Below the pieces are notes generated by a model that searched no databases, was not told the DNA's origin, and worked only from the letters and a program-made list of their open reading frames with translations. Below, piece by piece: positions 9,825-18,807 of a DNA stretch of 64,000 bases. Numbering within the stretch: the stretch's first letter is position 1; every line of letters starts with the position of its first letter. Source of the stretch: an uncultured Candidatus Sumerlaeota bacterium (lineage in GTDB: Bacteria; CAYMEV01); contig CAYMEV010000006.1 in assembly GCA_964389675.1 (NCBI GenBank), forward strand, positions 27,217 to 91,216, read 5' to 3'. The position numbers and the translations under genes are program-made.

Positions 9825-9858
9825 ACGTACAGAAAAGACATACTATAACTATAAACAC

Positions 9859-10422
9859 CTATTGTAAAGAATTATTTTTGATCAGCACTGCTGCTTCAAG
9901 CAGATCTGCCGCAGTAAAGTCAGGCTTTGCAATCAGGCTATCATTTTTATGTATAGCCCTTTTTGTTATTAGTATGGTTTTTGTTCCTGATCTATTACCT
10001 GCAATAATATCGCGCATGGAATCGCCTATGGTGAATGAGGCTTTCGGATCTATTTCAAGATCTTCAATAGCCTGCCTGAATAGGCCCGTATGAGGCTTTC
10101 TGCATTTGCATTCCATGCTGTACTGCCTTATATTTCCCTCTGGGTGATGAGGACAGTAATATACCCCTGAAAAATAAATGCCATGGCTGCTGAAAAAATC
10201 AGAAAAAAAACTGAAGAACTGATGCAGATGAGCCTCTGAAAAATATCCCCGGGCAATCCCTGACTGATTACTGATTACTACCAGAAGATAGCCCAGGTTC
10301 ATTAGCATCTTCAGGCCCTCAACAGAATTCTTCAATGGAATGAAGTCCTCTATCCGGTATACATAATTTCTATCTTCGATTATTGTCCCATCCCTGTCCA
10401 GAAATACTGCTTTATTTTTCAC
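9859..10422 (-). CDS. HAD-IIIA family phosphatase, D,D-heptose-1,7-bisphosphate phosphatase (GmhB)-like
   Basis: HAD motif I FLDRDGTI at the N-terminus. Cys/His cluster (YYCPHHPEG...CKCRKP) typical of the GmhB zinc site. Motif III GDSMRDIIAG. Confidence 0.7.
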   Translation of the reverse strand: MKNKAVFLDRDGTIIEDRNYVYRIEDFIPLKNSVEGLKMLMNLGYLLVVISNQSGIARGYFSEAHLHQFFSFFSDFFSSHGIYFSGVYYCPHHPEGNIRQYSMECKCRKPHTGLFRQAIEDLEIDPKASFTIGDSMRDIIAGNRSGTKTILITKRAIHKNDSLIAKPDFTAADLLEAAVLIKNNSLQ

Positions 10423-10448
10423 ATGCTTTTCCCGTTAAAAAACCATTC

Positions 10449-12464
10449 TCAATGCATTTTATTGTGCTGCAGTGAAATATTCATTTCATCAGCGATACTT
10501 AAAAGTTCCTTATAATAGATAATATTGTTTAATGAGATACTGGATGCACTATAAATGCTAAAGAAATCATCAACTGCATCTTTTGCATCATCATATGATT
10601 TTTCCTTTAGCAATTTCTTCATTTTTCTGATGATAAAAAGAAGCTTTGCATCAGGATTTTCCGGATCGATAATACTGTAATCCTTATTTTCACCATCATC
10701 TCCACCGGATTCGAAAAATACCATTTCATTTTCTAAGACAGCCTTCATATTGGATGATTCCCTAATTCTTTTAAACCTTCCAATATTTATTATCCAGGCA
10801 TGCATTTCCTTATTGCTCCTGACCTCAGAAATAAGGTATGAATATAGAGCAAAAGCATTTATAGAGCTGTTCAGGACAACATCTTCCAGTGCTTTAAGCT
10901 CAAGCAAAGCTTTATCCTTAAGGTTCATCCTTATCCACAGATAGACCCTGACCATCCTTGCAATCACTTTTTCAGTAAATTCTGTTGAATTATTGATTAT
11001 CAGCCCTTCCACCAGTTCGAGGGCCTGCTCATGGTTGTCCGATAATATGAAACACATGACTGTCATTTCTTTTATCAGGCTATGGTAGTAAGGAAGGTCA
11101 CTTTTGCTTATCTGCGATTGCCCAAGCAAATCAAGCGCACCTTCAGTATCTAGACAGTAGATTAATATGTCAGCAAGCATAATCCTTGATTCAAGGCAAT
11201 CTTCATCTATATCTGCTGCAATCCTGCATTGTTCAGCTGCAAAATCATATCTTTCATCAATCAGGAATATTTTCGCCAGTATAAGATATAATCGTACAGC
11301 AAAGGGCCTTTTCTTAATAATTCCTGAAATAACCTCAAGAGCTTCTTCAGACTTCCCCTCCTTAACCATTATTTCAGTTTTCAGCTCAAGGGCAAGGATA
11401 TACTCAGGGTCAGTATCTAGTATTTTATTCAATAATTCAATAGATTCAGAATAATTGCCGTTTTCATTGTAATATTCTGCCAGGTGGTAAGATACCTGCT
11501 TGTCAATATTATATACATTCTGCAGTGAAACCATTGAGGCAATTGATTCCTGGATTCTTCCCTGCTGAAAATTATATTCAGCCTCAATAAATTTTTGATA
11601 ATAATTTGACAGATCTATGCTCTTTTCATAGGCAATACTTATAAAATCGGATTTTATCCCGCGTTTCCGGTAAATCATACCCAGATAATAATAACACATC
11701 GTAAAGCTGGCATCCAGGTCCAGAGCCCTCTTGAAATTTACCTCAGATCTGCTGTACCTGCCCTGATAAAAATCCCATAAACCTCTTTGATACAGTTTAA
11801 AGGCTTCGCTGCTTTGCGTGAAAATACCTTCAATCTCAGATTTTTCCTGAAAGTCAATATTCAGAACCTCCAGGGAATAATCTGAAATTTTATGTATTGC
11901 CTTAAATACTGCCTGTTTATCTTCTGCTTTCTCTCTTATGTATTTCAGGAGTTCTCTGTTGTTTATATTAAAGATTTTAACATCAAACTGTATGCCATCT
12001 CCTTCCAGATAAAAATCACCCTGTATGATAAAATCAGCATCCATGGATTCTCCAATATTTACAGCTGTTTCAAAATCTATTTCATCACCTATATTGTAAT
12101 CAATATATTCTGACAGATCATCGATTGAATACATTGGAATTGGCTCCAATGCATATGATTCAGAAAAAAAAGTATTTATTATTGATGGAAATCCGTCGCT
12201 TATCCAGCTGAAGGCTTCATCACCTGTCTTATCGTTCAGATAGAAAATCAGGATTTTTTTAAGTTCCTGAGATTTCAATTTCATCCCTATGACATTCAGA
12301 TTCTCCCTCATAACATCATAATTTTGCCTGGAGATAACCTCTTTTTTGTCCATGACAATATCAATCTTCCTCTTTTTTGAGGAGGGGTAAAATACAATGA
12401 TCAATATACTTATAATAATTATGGATATCCCGATAAAATTTACCGACTTAAGCCTTATATTCAT
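10449..12464 (-). CDS. Membrane-anchored TPR-repeat protein (single N-terminal TM helix, large TPR domain)
   Basis: N-terminal hydrophobic helix ISIIIISILIIVFYP, then repeated about 34-aa helical units with the W/Y-x-G-x-Y/A-L signature (for example YYYLGMIYRKRG, AEYNFQQGR). I took the start at internal Met 12464. The 3' end of the ATPase gene overlaps. Confidence 0.55.
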   Translation of the reverse strand: MNIRLKSVNFIGISIIIISILIIVFYPSSKKRKIDIVMDKKEVISRQNYDVMRENLNVIGMKLKSQELKKILIFYLNDKTGDEAFSWISDGFPSIINTFFSESYALEPIPMYSIDDLSEYIDYNIGDEIDFETAVNIGESMDADFIIQGDFYLEGDGIQFDVKIFNINNRELLKYIREKAEDKQAVFKAIHKISDYSLEVLNIDFQEKSEIEGIFTQSSEAFKLYQRGLWDFYQGRYSRSEVNFKRALDLDASFTMCYYYLGMIYRKRGIKSDFISIAYEKSIDLSNYYQKFIEAEYNFQQGRIQESIASMVSLQNVYNIDKQVSYHLAEYYNENGNYSESIELLNKILDTDPEYILALELKTEIMVKEGKSEEALEVISGIIKKRPFAVRLYLILAKIFLIDERYDFAAEQCRIAADIDEDCLESRIMLADILIYCLDTEGALDLLGQSQISKSDLPYYHSLIKEMTVMCFILSDNHEQALELVEGLIINNSTEFTEKVIARMVRVYLWIRMNLKDKALLELKALEDVVLNSSINAFALYSYLISEVRSNKEMHAWIINIGRFKRIRESSNMKAVLENEMVFFESGGDDGENKDYSIIDPENPDAKLLFIIRKMKKLLKEKSYDDAKDAVDDFFSIYSASSISLNNIIYYKELLSIADEMNISLQHNKMH

Positions 12465-13113
12465 TAAGCACACCTTCATGCAGAAAAAGGACTCGTTCAT
12501 TCAGCAGATTTATTAGAAATCTGTTATGTGTTGCAAACAGTACAGTGGTATTTTGATTTTTATTTATATCCTTGAATATTTCAAGGACCTTATGGGCTAA
12601 ATTATCATCAAGGTTCCCAGTAGGTTCATCCGCCAGTATTATTGAAGGCCTGTTTATTATTGCCCTTGCTATTGATGCCCTCTGCTGTTCCCCTCCGGAC
12701 AGCTGGTAGGGATAGTCATTCTGTTTCCTCAGCAGTTCAACAATTTCAAGAACCTCTTCTACTCTGTCATCGATCTCTCTTCTTGGAAAATTTATTGCCT
12801 CCAGGGCAAAGATCAGATTTTGCTTTACTGTCCGGTTGTTTATAAGTTTGAAATCCTGGAAAACAACCCCTATTGATCTTCTCAGCCTTTGCACATGCTT
12901 TTTGCGCATGGCGCTTATACTGTCGTCCCTTATATAAATATCCCCGTCAGTAGGAAGTATTTCCCTGTAAATAAGCCTTATAACAGTACTTTTACCGCTT
13001 CCTGAGCTTCCGGTAAGAAAGACAAAATCCCCCTCGTTTATGCTGAAAGATACGTCAATTATACCGGTATTGCCATTGAAATAATTCTTTGTAACATTTT
13101 CAAATACTATCAT
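12448..13113 (-). CDS. FtsE-like ABC transporter ATP-binding protein (no FtsX-like permease adjacent)
   Basis: Walker A GSSGSGKST, ABC signature LSGGEQQRASIARAI, Walker B ILADEPTGNLD. Overall about 220 aa like FtsE. A 4-bp overlap with the upstream CheR-like gene. Confidence 0.8.
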   Translation of the reverse strand: MIVFENVTKNYFNGNTGIIDVSFSINEGDFVFLTGSSGSGKSTVIRLIYREILPTDGDIYIRDDSISAMRKKHVQRLRRSIGVVFQDFKLINNRTVKQNLIFALEAINFPRREIDDRVEEVLEIVELLRKQNDYPYQLSGGEQQRASIARAIINRPSIILADEPTGNLDDNLAHKVLEIFKDINKNQNTTVLFATHNRFLINLLNERVLFLHEGVLNEYKA

Positions 13114-13898
13114 ATCACTTTTCTATATATTGAATGGCCGATATATTCCAATCCCAGATCAGCAGGATTATAAATAAATTCAGTTGAGCCAAGAAAAAGA
13201 AGTCCGTGTTTCTTTATCAGTTTTGATATCTTTTCAAGAAATTTCTCTCTGAAATCCTCACTAAGGTATATTATAAAATTCCTGCACATAATGAGCCCAT
13301 ATTTGGGAAGCAGAACATCTATGTCATTTTTCATAATATCAAATCTAACAAAGTTGATATTGCAGCTGGGCTTATTTTTAACCATATATACATTATTATT
13401 CTTGCAATCCTCATACAGAAAACCCTTTAAAAAATCATCAAAATTCTGCACGGAATTCCTGTTCCATAATCCCCTGCGCGCACAATCCAGCAGGTCAGCA
13501 TCTGAATCGATTCCCGTTATCCTGCCGGGTATCTGCATCCTTTTATGAAGAAGAAGAAAAACAAGTGAATATACTTCCTCTCCCCTGGCACATCCTATGC
13601 TTAAAACTCCTGCTTTAAGAAAAGACATGAATGAATCTTTGGACTCGCACAGATGATTAATGAGGTTTTCAAAAAGCTGCCTGTCCCTTAAAAAATAGGA
13701 GATTTTTATCCTCTGGAACTGAAGAAATTCTTCAAAATTCTCTCTCTTGCTCAGATATGACATAAGCCTGCCATAATCAGCTATACTTTTCCTCAACATG
13801 AAAAGGTTGGTCCTTTTGAGTATTCTGCTCTCCTTATAATTAAGCAGGTCAATATCATACCTGGTTTTGATAAATTTTATAAATTCATTAAAGTCCAT
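13110..13898 (-). CDS. CheR-type SAM-dependent protein methyltransferase-like protein
   Basis: CheR-like motifs seen by eye: SAM-binding LSIGCARGEEVYS, ITGIDSDADLLDCARRGLW, and NINFVRFDIMKN followed by LIMCRNFIIYLSEDFREKFL. Shares its stop with the antiporter start codon region. Confidence 0.55.
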   Translation of the reverse strand: MDFNEFIKFIKTRYDIDLLNYKESRILKRTNLFMLRKSIADYGRLMSYLSKRENFEEFLQFQRIKISYFLRDRQLFENLINHLCESKDSFMSFLKAGVLSIGCARGEEVYSLVFLLLHKRMQIPGRITGIDSDADLLDCARRGLWNRNSVQNFDDFLKGFLYEDCKNNNVYMVKNKPSCNINFVRFDIMKNDIDVLLPKYGLIMCRNFIIYLSEDFREKFLEKISKLIKKHGLLFLGSTEFIYNPADLGLEYIGHSIYRKVI

Positions 13899-14842
13899 TA
13901 TATAAACAGCATAATCATAAAAGTAATAAAACCTGACAGCAGTACAATTCCGCTTGTCCTGTGCAAAAAATTATTCCTTATTGATGCAAAGTACAGAAAG
14001 ACGGTAAATGACAGCATTACAGGAATCTCAAATATTACGCTCCTTGGTGATATCTCCAATGGTTTGAATAATACTGCAAATCCGAGAATGAAAAATATGT
14101 TGAAGATATTACTGCCGACAATATTTCCAAGGGCCATATCAGGCTTTTTCTTTATTATGGCAGCAACTGATGTTGCTAGTTCAGGCAATGAAGTACCTAT
14201 TGCTACGACCGAAAGCCCTATGATAAGCTGTGAGACCCCTAAGGCTTCGGCAATTTTTATTGCATTGTCAAGGGCAATCTTAGATCCATAGATCACACCC
14301 AGAAATCCGGCAATTATCAGGATTAATATTTTAAAAAACGATGTATCCTTTGCCTCCCTTATCTCATTCATCTCTTCGGTGCTGATTTCTCTGCTTGACG
14401 CTCCGCTTCTCATTGTCAGATAAATAAATGTGAAAAATACGCACAGCATGCAGATGCCATCAGATATTCCAAGGCTGTGGTTAAGGCAGAGAATATAAAA
14501 AAGAAGGCTTGCGGCAATAAGGTATGGGATCTCTCTCTTTAAGGTTTCCCTGTCTACTGTAAGAGGCATAAGTATTGCTGAAATTCCCAGTATTAGCCCT
14601 ATATTTGATACATTAGAGCCTATTACATTTCCAAATGCAATATCCCTTGTATTGTATAGAACAGCACGGAAGGAAACCACAAATTCAGGAAGTGAGGTGC
14701 CAAAAGCAATGACAGTCATTCCAATAACTGAGGGCCTTATGTTCAGCCTTAATCCGAGCATCGCACTATTATCAATCAGCATATCACTTGAATATGATAA
14801 TAAGGCGACACCTGCTGCAAATAGAAATATCAATAATAACAC
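13898..14842 (-). CDS. Ca2+/Na+ antiporter, CaCA family (YrbG-like)
   Basis: Two alpha-repeat motifs GTSLPEFVVSF and GTSLPELATSVAA in a 10-TM-like hydrophobic profile. Confidence 0.8.
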   Translation of the reverse strand: MLLLIFLFAAGVALLSYSSDMLIDNSAMLGLRLNIRPSVIGMTVIAFGTSLPEFVVSFRAVLYNTRDIAFGNVIGSNVSNIGLILGISAILMPLTVDRETLKREIPYLIAASLLFYILCLNHSLGISDGICMLCVFFTFIYLTMRSGASSREISTEEMNEIREAKDTSFFKILILIIAGFLGVIYGSKIALDNAIKIAEALGVSQLIIGLSVVAIGTSLPELATSVAAIIKKKPDMALGNIVGSNIFNIFFILGFAVLFKPLEISPRSVIFEIPVMLSFTVFLYFASIRNNFLHRTSGIVLLSGFITFMIMLFI

Positions 14843-14893
14843 GGCGTTCCTGTTCCTTTACCCTATTATCCAAAATGATTCATAGCAAAGCTA

Positions 14894-14966
14894 TACGCCA
14901 GAGAGGAATTGAACCTCCGACCGATAGATCCGGAATCTATTGCTCTATCCGCTGAGCTACTGGCGC
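14894..14966 (-). tRNA. tRNA-Arg (anticodon CCG)
   Basis: Minus strand reads GCGCCAGUAGCUCAGCGGAUAGAGCAAUAGAUUCCGGAUCUAUCGGUCGGAGGUUCAAUUCCUCUCUGGCGUA. Cloverleaf has a 7-bp acceptor stem (G1:U72 wobble), an anticodon stem AUAGA/UCUAU and loop UUCCGGA. Confidence 0.85.
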
Positions 14967-14998
14967 TTTATGCTGGATTTTGAACCAGTCTCTTTCTT

Positions 14999-15373
14999 TC
15001 AGACAGCATCTTTGTCGTTTTTTGCCTGATCAATGCTTTCAAGCAATTGCTGCGCTTCAGATGAATATCTTATTAATCCCTTATTCTTTGAATTTTCAAT
15101 GATAAGCACAAGATCTTCCGGGTTTATTTCCCTTTTCAAAAGCTTATTGATATATTTGTAGTGGAAAAGGTCACCCTCAGAAACCATCCTTTTAAGGATC
15201 TTCTCAAGCTCAGTAACATTTCCCAATGCCGAGTAAGCATCAATAGCATCAGTTATATTCCCCGATTCCAGGCTGAACTTCGCAAAATACTCCCTGGATG
15301 AATCATCATATGAATCAGAGTATTTAAGATTCCTTTTTTCGATATAATCCAGTTTTGTAATATCTGTTTTCAT
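14999..15373 (-). CDS. Hypothetical small acidic protein
   Basis: ORF of 124 aa with no recognisable motif. It lies in a gap between the tRNA and the MCP promoter region. Confidence 0.3.
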   Translation of the reverse strand: MKTDITKLDYIEKRNLKYSDSYDDSSREYFAKFSLESGNITDAIDAYSALGNVTELEKILKRMVSEGDLFHYKYINKLLKREINPEDLVLIIENSKNKGLIRYSSEAQQLLESIDQAKNDKDAV

Positions 15374-15488
15374 AGTGGCTATATGCCTAATAAAGTTAAT
15401 AACCTATCATTCTATTGTCAATATAAAACTTTTTCAATATACATAGTTAAAAATTGCAAAAATATTATTAAAAGCATTATTTTTTTTC

Positions 15489-15518
15489 TTGAAAACATAA
15501 TACTTATAGGATTAAAAT
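15489..15518 (+). promoter_or_regulatory. Candidate sigma-70-like promoter for the MCP-like gene (TTGAAA, 18 nt spacer, TAAAAT)
   Basis: Hexamer match read by eye in the AT-rich intergenic region about 70 bp upstream of the 15589 start. Weak evidence. Confidence 0.2.
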
Positions 15519-15588
15519 CCAATATGATAACATTATATTGAAATAATGCTCCAGCTAAATGATATTATTTACTATATAAAAATAAAAT

Positions 15589-18500
15589 ATGATTAAATTA
15601 AAAGATATTGCAAAAGAAACCAGAATAACGCTTGAAAAGCTGTTCAGTCATCTTTACAGGAACATTCTCCTTGTTACCGTCTGTTCAGGAGTATTCTCCT
15701 TTTTCTTCTGTTTATTGTTTATCTCCCTGGACTTTGACCCTTTCATAACAGTATTTATTATCCATTTTATAGCCTTTTCATTCACTGTAATCATAACCGG
15801 CCTGATATTTTATAATGAAATAGGCATCTATATAAATCTGCTTGATCTGTCGGCAAGTTCAAATATAAGAAAGATCCTTACGCAGAAACAGCCCTATTAC
15901 TCATCTCTCAAAAAAAATGCAATATTTATTGCATCCTTTTTCCACAAAATACTCTCAAAGCTCATCCAGACAGAAGATTCTCTCTATACGGAATCAGACA
16001 CCCTTCAAAAAATATCTGCATCCCTGTACAACAGCAGCAGATACCAGCAAAATTCCATAGCATATGTCCTCTCTTCATCAAAAAAGATTGACAATCTTCT
16101 GACCAGTACAAAAAATAATATTCGAAGCATTGAACAGAATGCCTCAGAAACACTGGAATCCTCGTCGGCAATTGAAAATAACTCTTTTGCCACCCATGTT
16201 CTTTTGGATGACCTTATCAACTACATTCAGGGTGCAAAGGATATACTTAAGAGATCTGAATATTCCTTCCAGGATTCTAACAAGATAGTCGAAAACATCA
16301 ACAGATTTACAATGAATACGACTGATACAATGGAGGAGCTAAAGGCCACTGCATACAGCATCCACAATAATATCCTTAAGACTATTGATTTCCAGAAAGA
16401 GGTTTTTAAAAAGGTTGAAAACAGCCAGTCCATAATAAATGAATACGCAGAAAGCATAGGGAACATAAGGGAGCATCTTTCAATAACATTACAGATTATA
16501 GATATTCTCAAATGGCACTCAGAGCAGATAAACCGGATATTGGCAACAATTAACAGAATTTCCAAGCAGACAAACCTTCTTTCCCTGAACGCGAATATAA
16601 TTGCAGCAAGCTCTCCTGAAGAAACAAAATCCTTTGCGGTAGTTGCTGATGAAATTCAATCCTTATCGAAAAAGACAATCTCATCTACTTCAAAAATATA
16701 TCAGATAATCTCAAACATAGATAAAAGCATATCCAAAAGCAGGGATGCTTCCCAGGTCAGCCTGAACATTGTTGATCAGACACAGGTTTTCGGGAAGCAG
16801 GTAAATAAAAATCTTCTCAGCATCCTGGATATTGCAAGAAACAGCATAAGCAATGTTGAAACAATAAAAAATTCAAATGTCCTTCAGGTCAACAGGATTG
16901 AACAGCTCCTTGAGAGAACCAGGCTCTCCAGCCAGAAAATAGCCCAGCTTTCTAATCACAACTCAAGATTGCAAAGCGAATTCCAGCATTTAAAGGATCT
17001 TTCAGTTCAGCTAATTGATATTACTAATGCACTTAAAGGCAGGATGTCAATCCAGCTTGCCAACACGAAATCTCTGATAAATAATACAAACAGCATAGGA
17101 TCTCTGGTAAACAGGATAGTGGATGGTTCATCCAGCATAAAAACCCAGAGCAACAGCATCCTTGATTCTTTCAGCGATGTAAGGCATATTTCAGAACAGG
17201 TTCTCTACACAGTCAAGGACCTGACAAATATATCCTATCAGATACATAATGAATACAACAGGATGCAGTCATTAACAGAATACTTCGTGAGCTTTTCACC
17301 CAAAAGGGGCGGTACCATAAATGCATATTTCCCCCCCTTCAGGGCTGATTTCTCTTATGATCCCGCAAGCTGTTCGCTGATTGAATCTGTACCTTTATAT
17401 AAGGCTATTTATGAAACCCTTGTTGAAACAGAGTCCGGATTTGATGTGACACCTTTGCTGTGTGAAAAATATGAAATCTCTGATGACTTTTCAGAGTATA
17501 CCTTTTTCCTTAAAGAGAATGTATATTTTCATAATATGAAAAAGCTAAAAGCCGAGGATGTCAAATTTTCTTTCGAGAGACTGAGGGATGTGCTCGGTAG
17601 TGACGCAGGCCATTATATCGGATCTATAGAAGGCTGGGATGAATTTTTTAATCATAAGGCTGATGAACTTAAAGGGATACGGGTCATAGATGATTATACA
17701 GTAAGAATAAAACTCCAGAAGCCTCTTTCATTTTTCCTGCAGGTGCTGTCAACAGTAGTCATGTCAATAATTCCCAGGGCAGCCGGAGCCAATATTGATA
17801 TGCCTGCAGGTACAGGTGCATTCAAGTTTGCCAGGCAGTCTGTAAATCAATATATACTCCTGGAAAGGTTTGATAAATATCATATTGAAGGGTTTCCCTT
17901 TGTAGACAAGGTAAAATTCATTTCAAAAGAAAGAAATGATATTTTTAGTACAGATTATCATATTCTTCCTGGACACAGACTCCCTAACAAAAATATATTT
18001 GCTGATATAAACAAGCTGGTAAACACTGATACAGAGCTGCACTGCGAGATACTGGACCCGAACAGCGTTTCTTATCTGATATTGAATAATCAGGTATATC
18101 CTTTCAATATTAAAGAGGTAAGACAGGCTGTTATGCTTTGCATAGACAGGGATAAGATGACAGACACTGTGTTCAACCAGATTAACAAAAAGGCGGAAAG
18201 CATTATTCCTCAGAACCTTTTTGCTCATTTGCCCAGGAAGGACCTGGTAAGATATGATATAGCCGCTGCAGAAAAATTAATAAGGAAATCAGGTATTAAG
18301 ACACCCATAAAGCTGAATTATTACAGTAATATTGGCCTGTATCAGGACCCTGCTGCTAAATTCATACTGGACAATATCTCCAGGCTTGGAATTGAAATTG
18401 AATATACTTTTACAGATTCTAAAGAATTTGAGGATAAAAAATATGAATCAGCCATCAATTTAATGATATGGTTTGCTGATTATCCTGACCCTGATAATTT

Positions 18501-18792
18501 TTTCCAGACATTTACATCTGATAATATCGATAACCGTTCTGTAGGCTGGATAAATAAGAAGTATATCGACCTTGTCAGCAGGGCAAGGATAGAAACAGAC
18601 ATGCAAAAAAGGGAGAAATTATACAATATGGCTCAGGAAATAATGCTCGATGATGCGGTGATCATACCCTTATACTATAACAAATATTTTCTTTTTCATC
18701 ACTATGATATCATCTGCCCGACAAAGACAGTTTTTCCGTTCTATGATATAAAATCATGCTGGTTTTACAGCAATAAAAATAAAATCAAGTAA
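15589..18792 (+). CDS. Methyl-accepting chemotaxis-like protein with a C-terminal family-5 solute-binding (OppA/DppA-like, SBP_bac_5) domain
   Basis: Two N-terminal TM helices. Cytoplasmic MA signalling domain with the hallmark QTNLLSLNANIIAASSPEETKSFAVVADEIQSLSKKT (compare [37 protein letters not shown]). The last 490 aa resemble peptide/nickel SBPs (YFPPF...DPASC...KAEDVKFSFERL, ADYPDPDNFF). Confidence 0.75.
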   Translation: MIKLKDIAKETRITLEKLFSHLYRNILLVTVCSGVFSFFFCLLFISLDFDPFITVFIIHFIAFSFTVIITGLIFYNEIGIYINLLDLSASSNIRKILTQKQPYYSSLKKNAIFIASFFHKILSKLIQTEDSLYTESDTLQKISASLYNSSRYQQNSIAYVLSSSKKIDNLLTSTKNNIRSIEQNASETLESSSAIENNSFATHVLLDDLINYIQGAKDILKRSEYSFQDSNKIVENINRFTMNTTDTMEELKATAYSIHNNILKTIDFQKEVFKKVENSQSIINEYAESIGNIREHLSITLQIIDILKWHSEQINRILATINRISKQTNLLSLNANIIAASSPEETKSFAVVADEIQSLSKKTISSTSKIYQIISNIDKSISKSRDASQVSLNIVDQTQVFGKQVNKNLLSILDIARNSISNVETIKNSNVLQVNRIEQLLERTRLSSQKIAQLSNHNSRLQSEFQHLKDLSVQLIDITNALKGRMSIQLANTKSLINNTNSIGSLVNRIVDGSSSIKTQSNSILDSFSDVRHISEQVLYTVKDLTNISYQIHNEYNRMQSLTEYFVSFSPKRGGTINAYFPPFRADFSYDPASCSLIESVPLYKAIYETLVETESGFDVTPLLCEKYEISDDFSEYTFFLKENVYFHNMKKLKAEDVKFSFERLRDVLGSDAGHYIGSIEGWDEFFNHKADELKGIRVIDDYTVRIKLQKPLSFFLQVLSTVVMSIIPRAAGANIDMPAGTGAFKFARQSVNQYILLERFDKYHIEGFPFVDKVKFISKERNDIFSTDYHILPGHRLPNKNIFADINKLVNTDTELHCEILDPNSVSYLILNNQVYPFNIKEVRQAVMLCIDRDKMTDTVFNQINKKAESIIPQNLFAHLPRKDLVRYDIAAAEKLIRKSGIKTPIKLNYYSNIGLYQDPAAKFILDNISRLGIEIEYTFTDSKEFEDKKYESAINLMIWFADYPDPDNFFQTFTSDNIDNRSVGWINKKYIDLVSRARIETDMQKREKLYNMAQEIMLDDAVIIPLYYNKYFLFHHYDIICPTKTVFPFYDIKSCWFYSNKNKIK

Positions 18793-18807
18793 AAATGGAG
18801 TAAAAAC

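Noticed and set aside
9461-9858. ORF-track ORFs 9461..9682 (-) and 9643..9858 (-), 73 and 71 aa
   Set aside because: They lie entirely within the GC-rich tRNA-Ser / SRP RNA island. They have no RBS and their Arg/Gly/Cys-rich composition is atypical for this genome. They are better explained as structured RNA.
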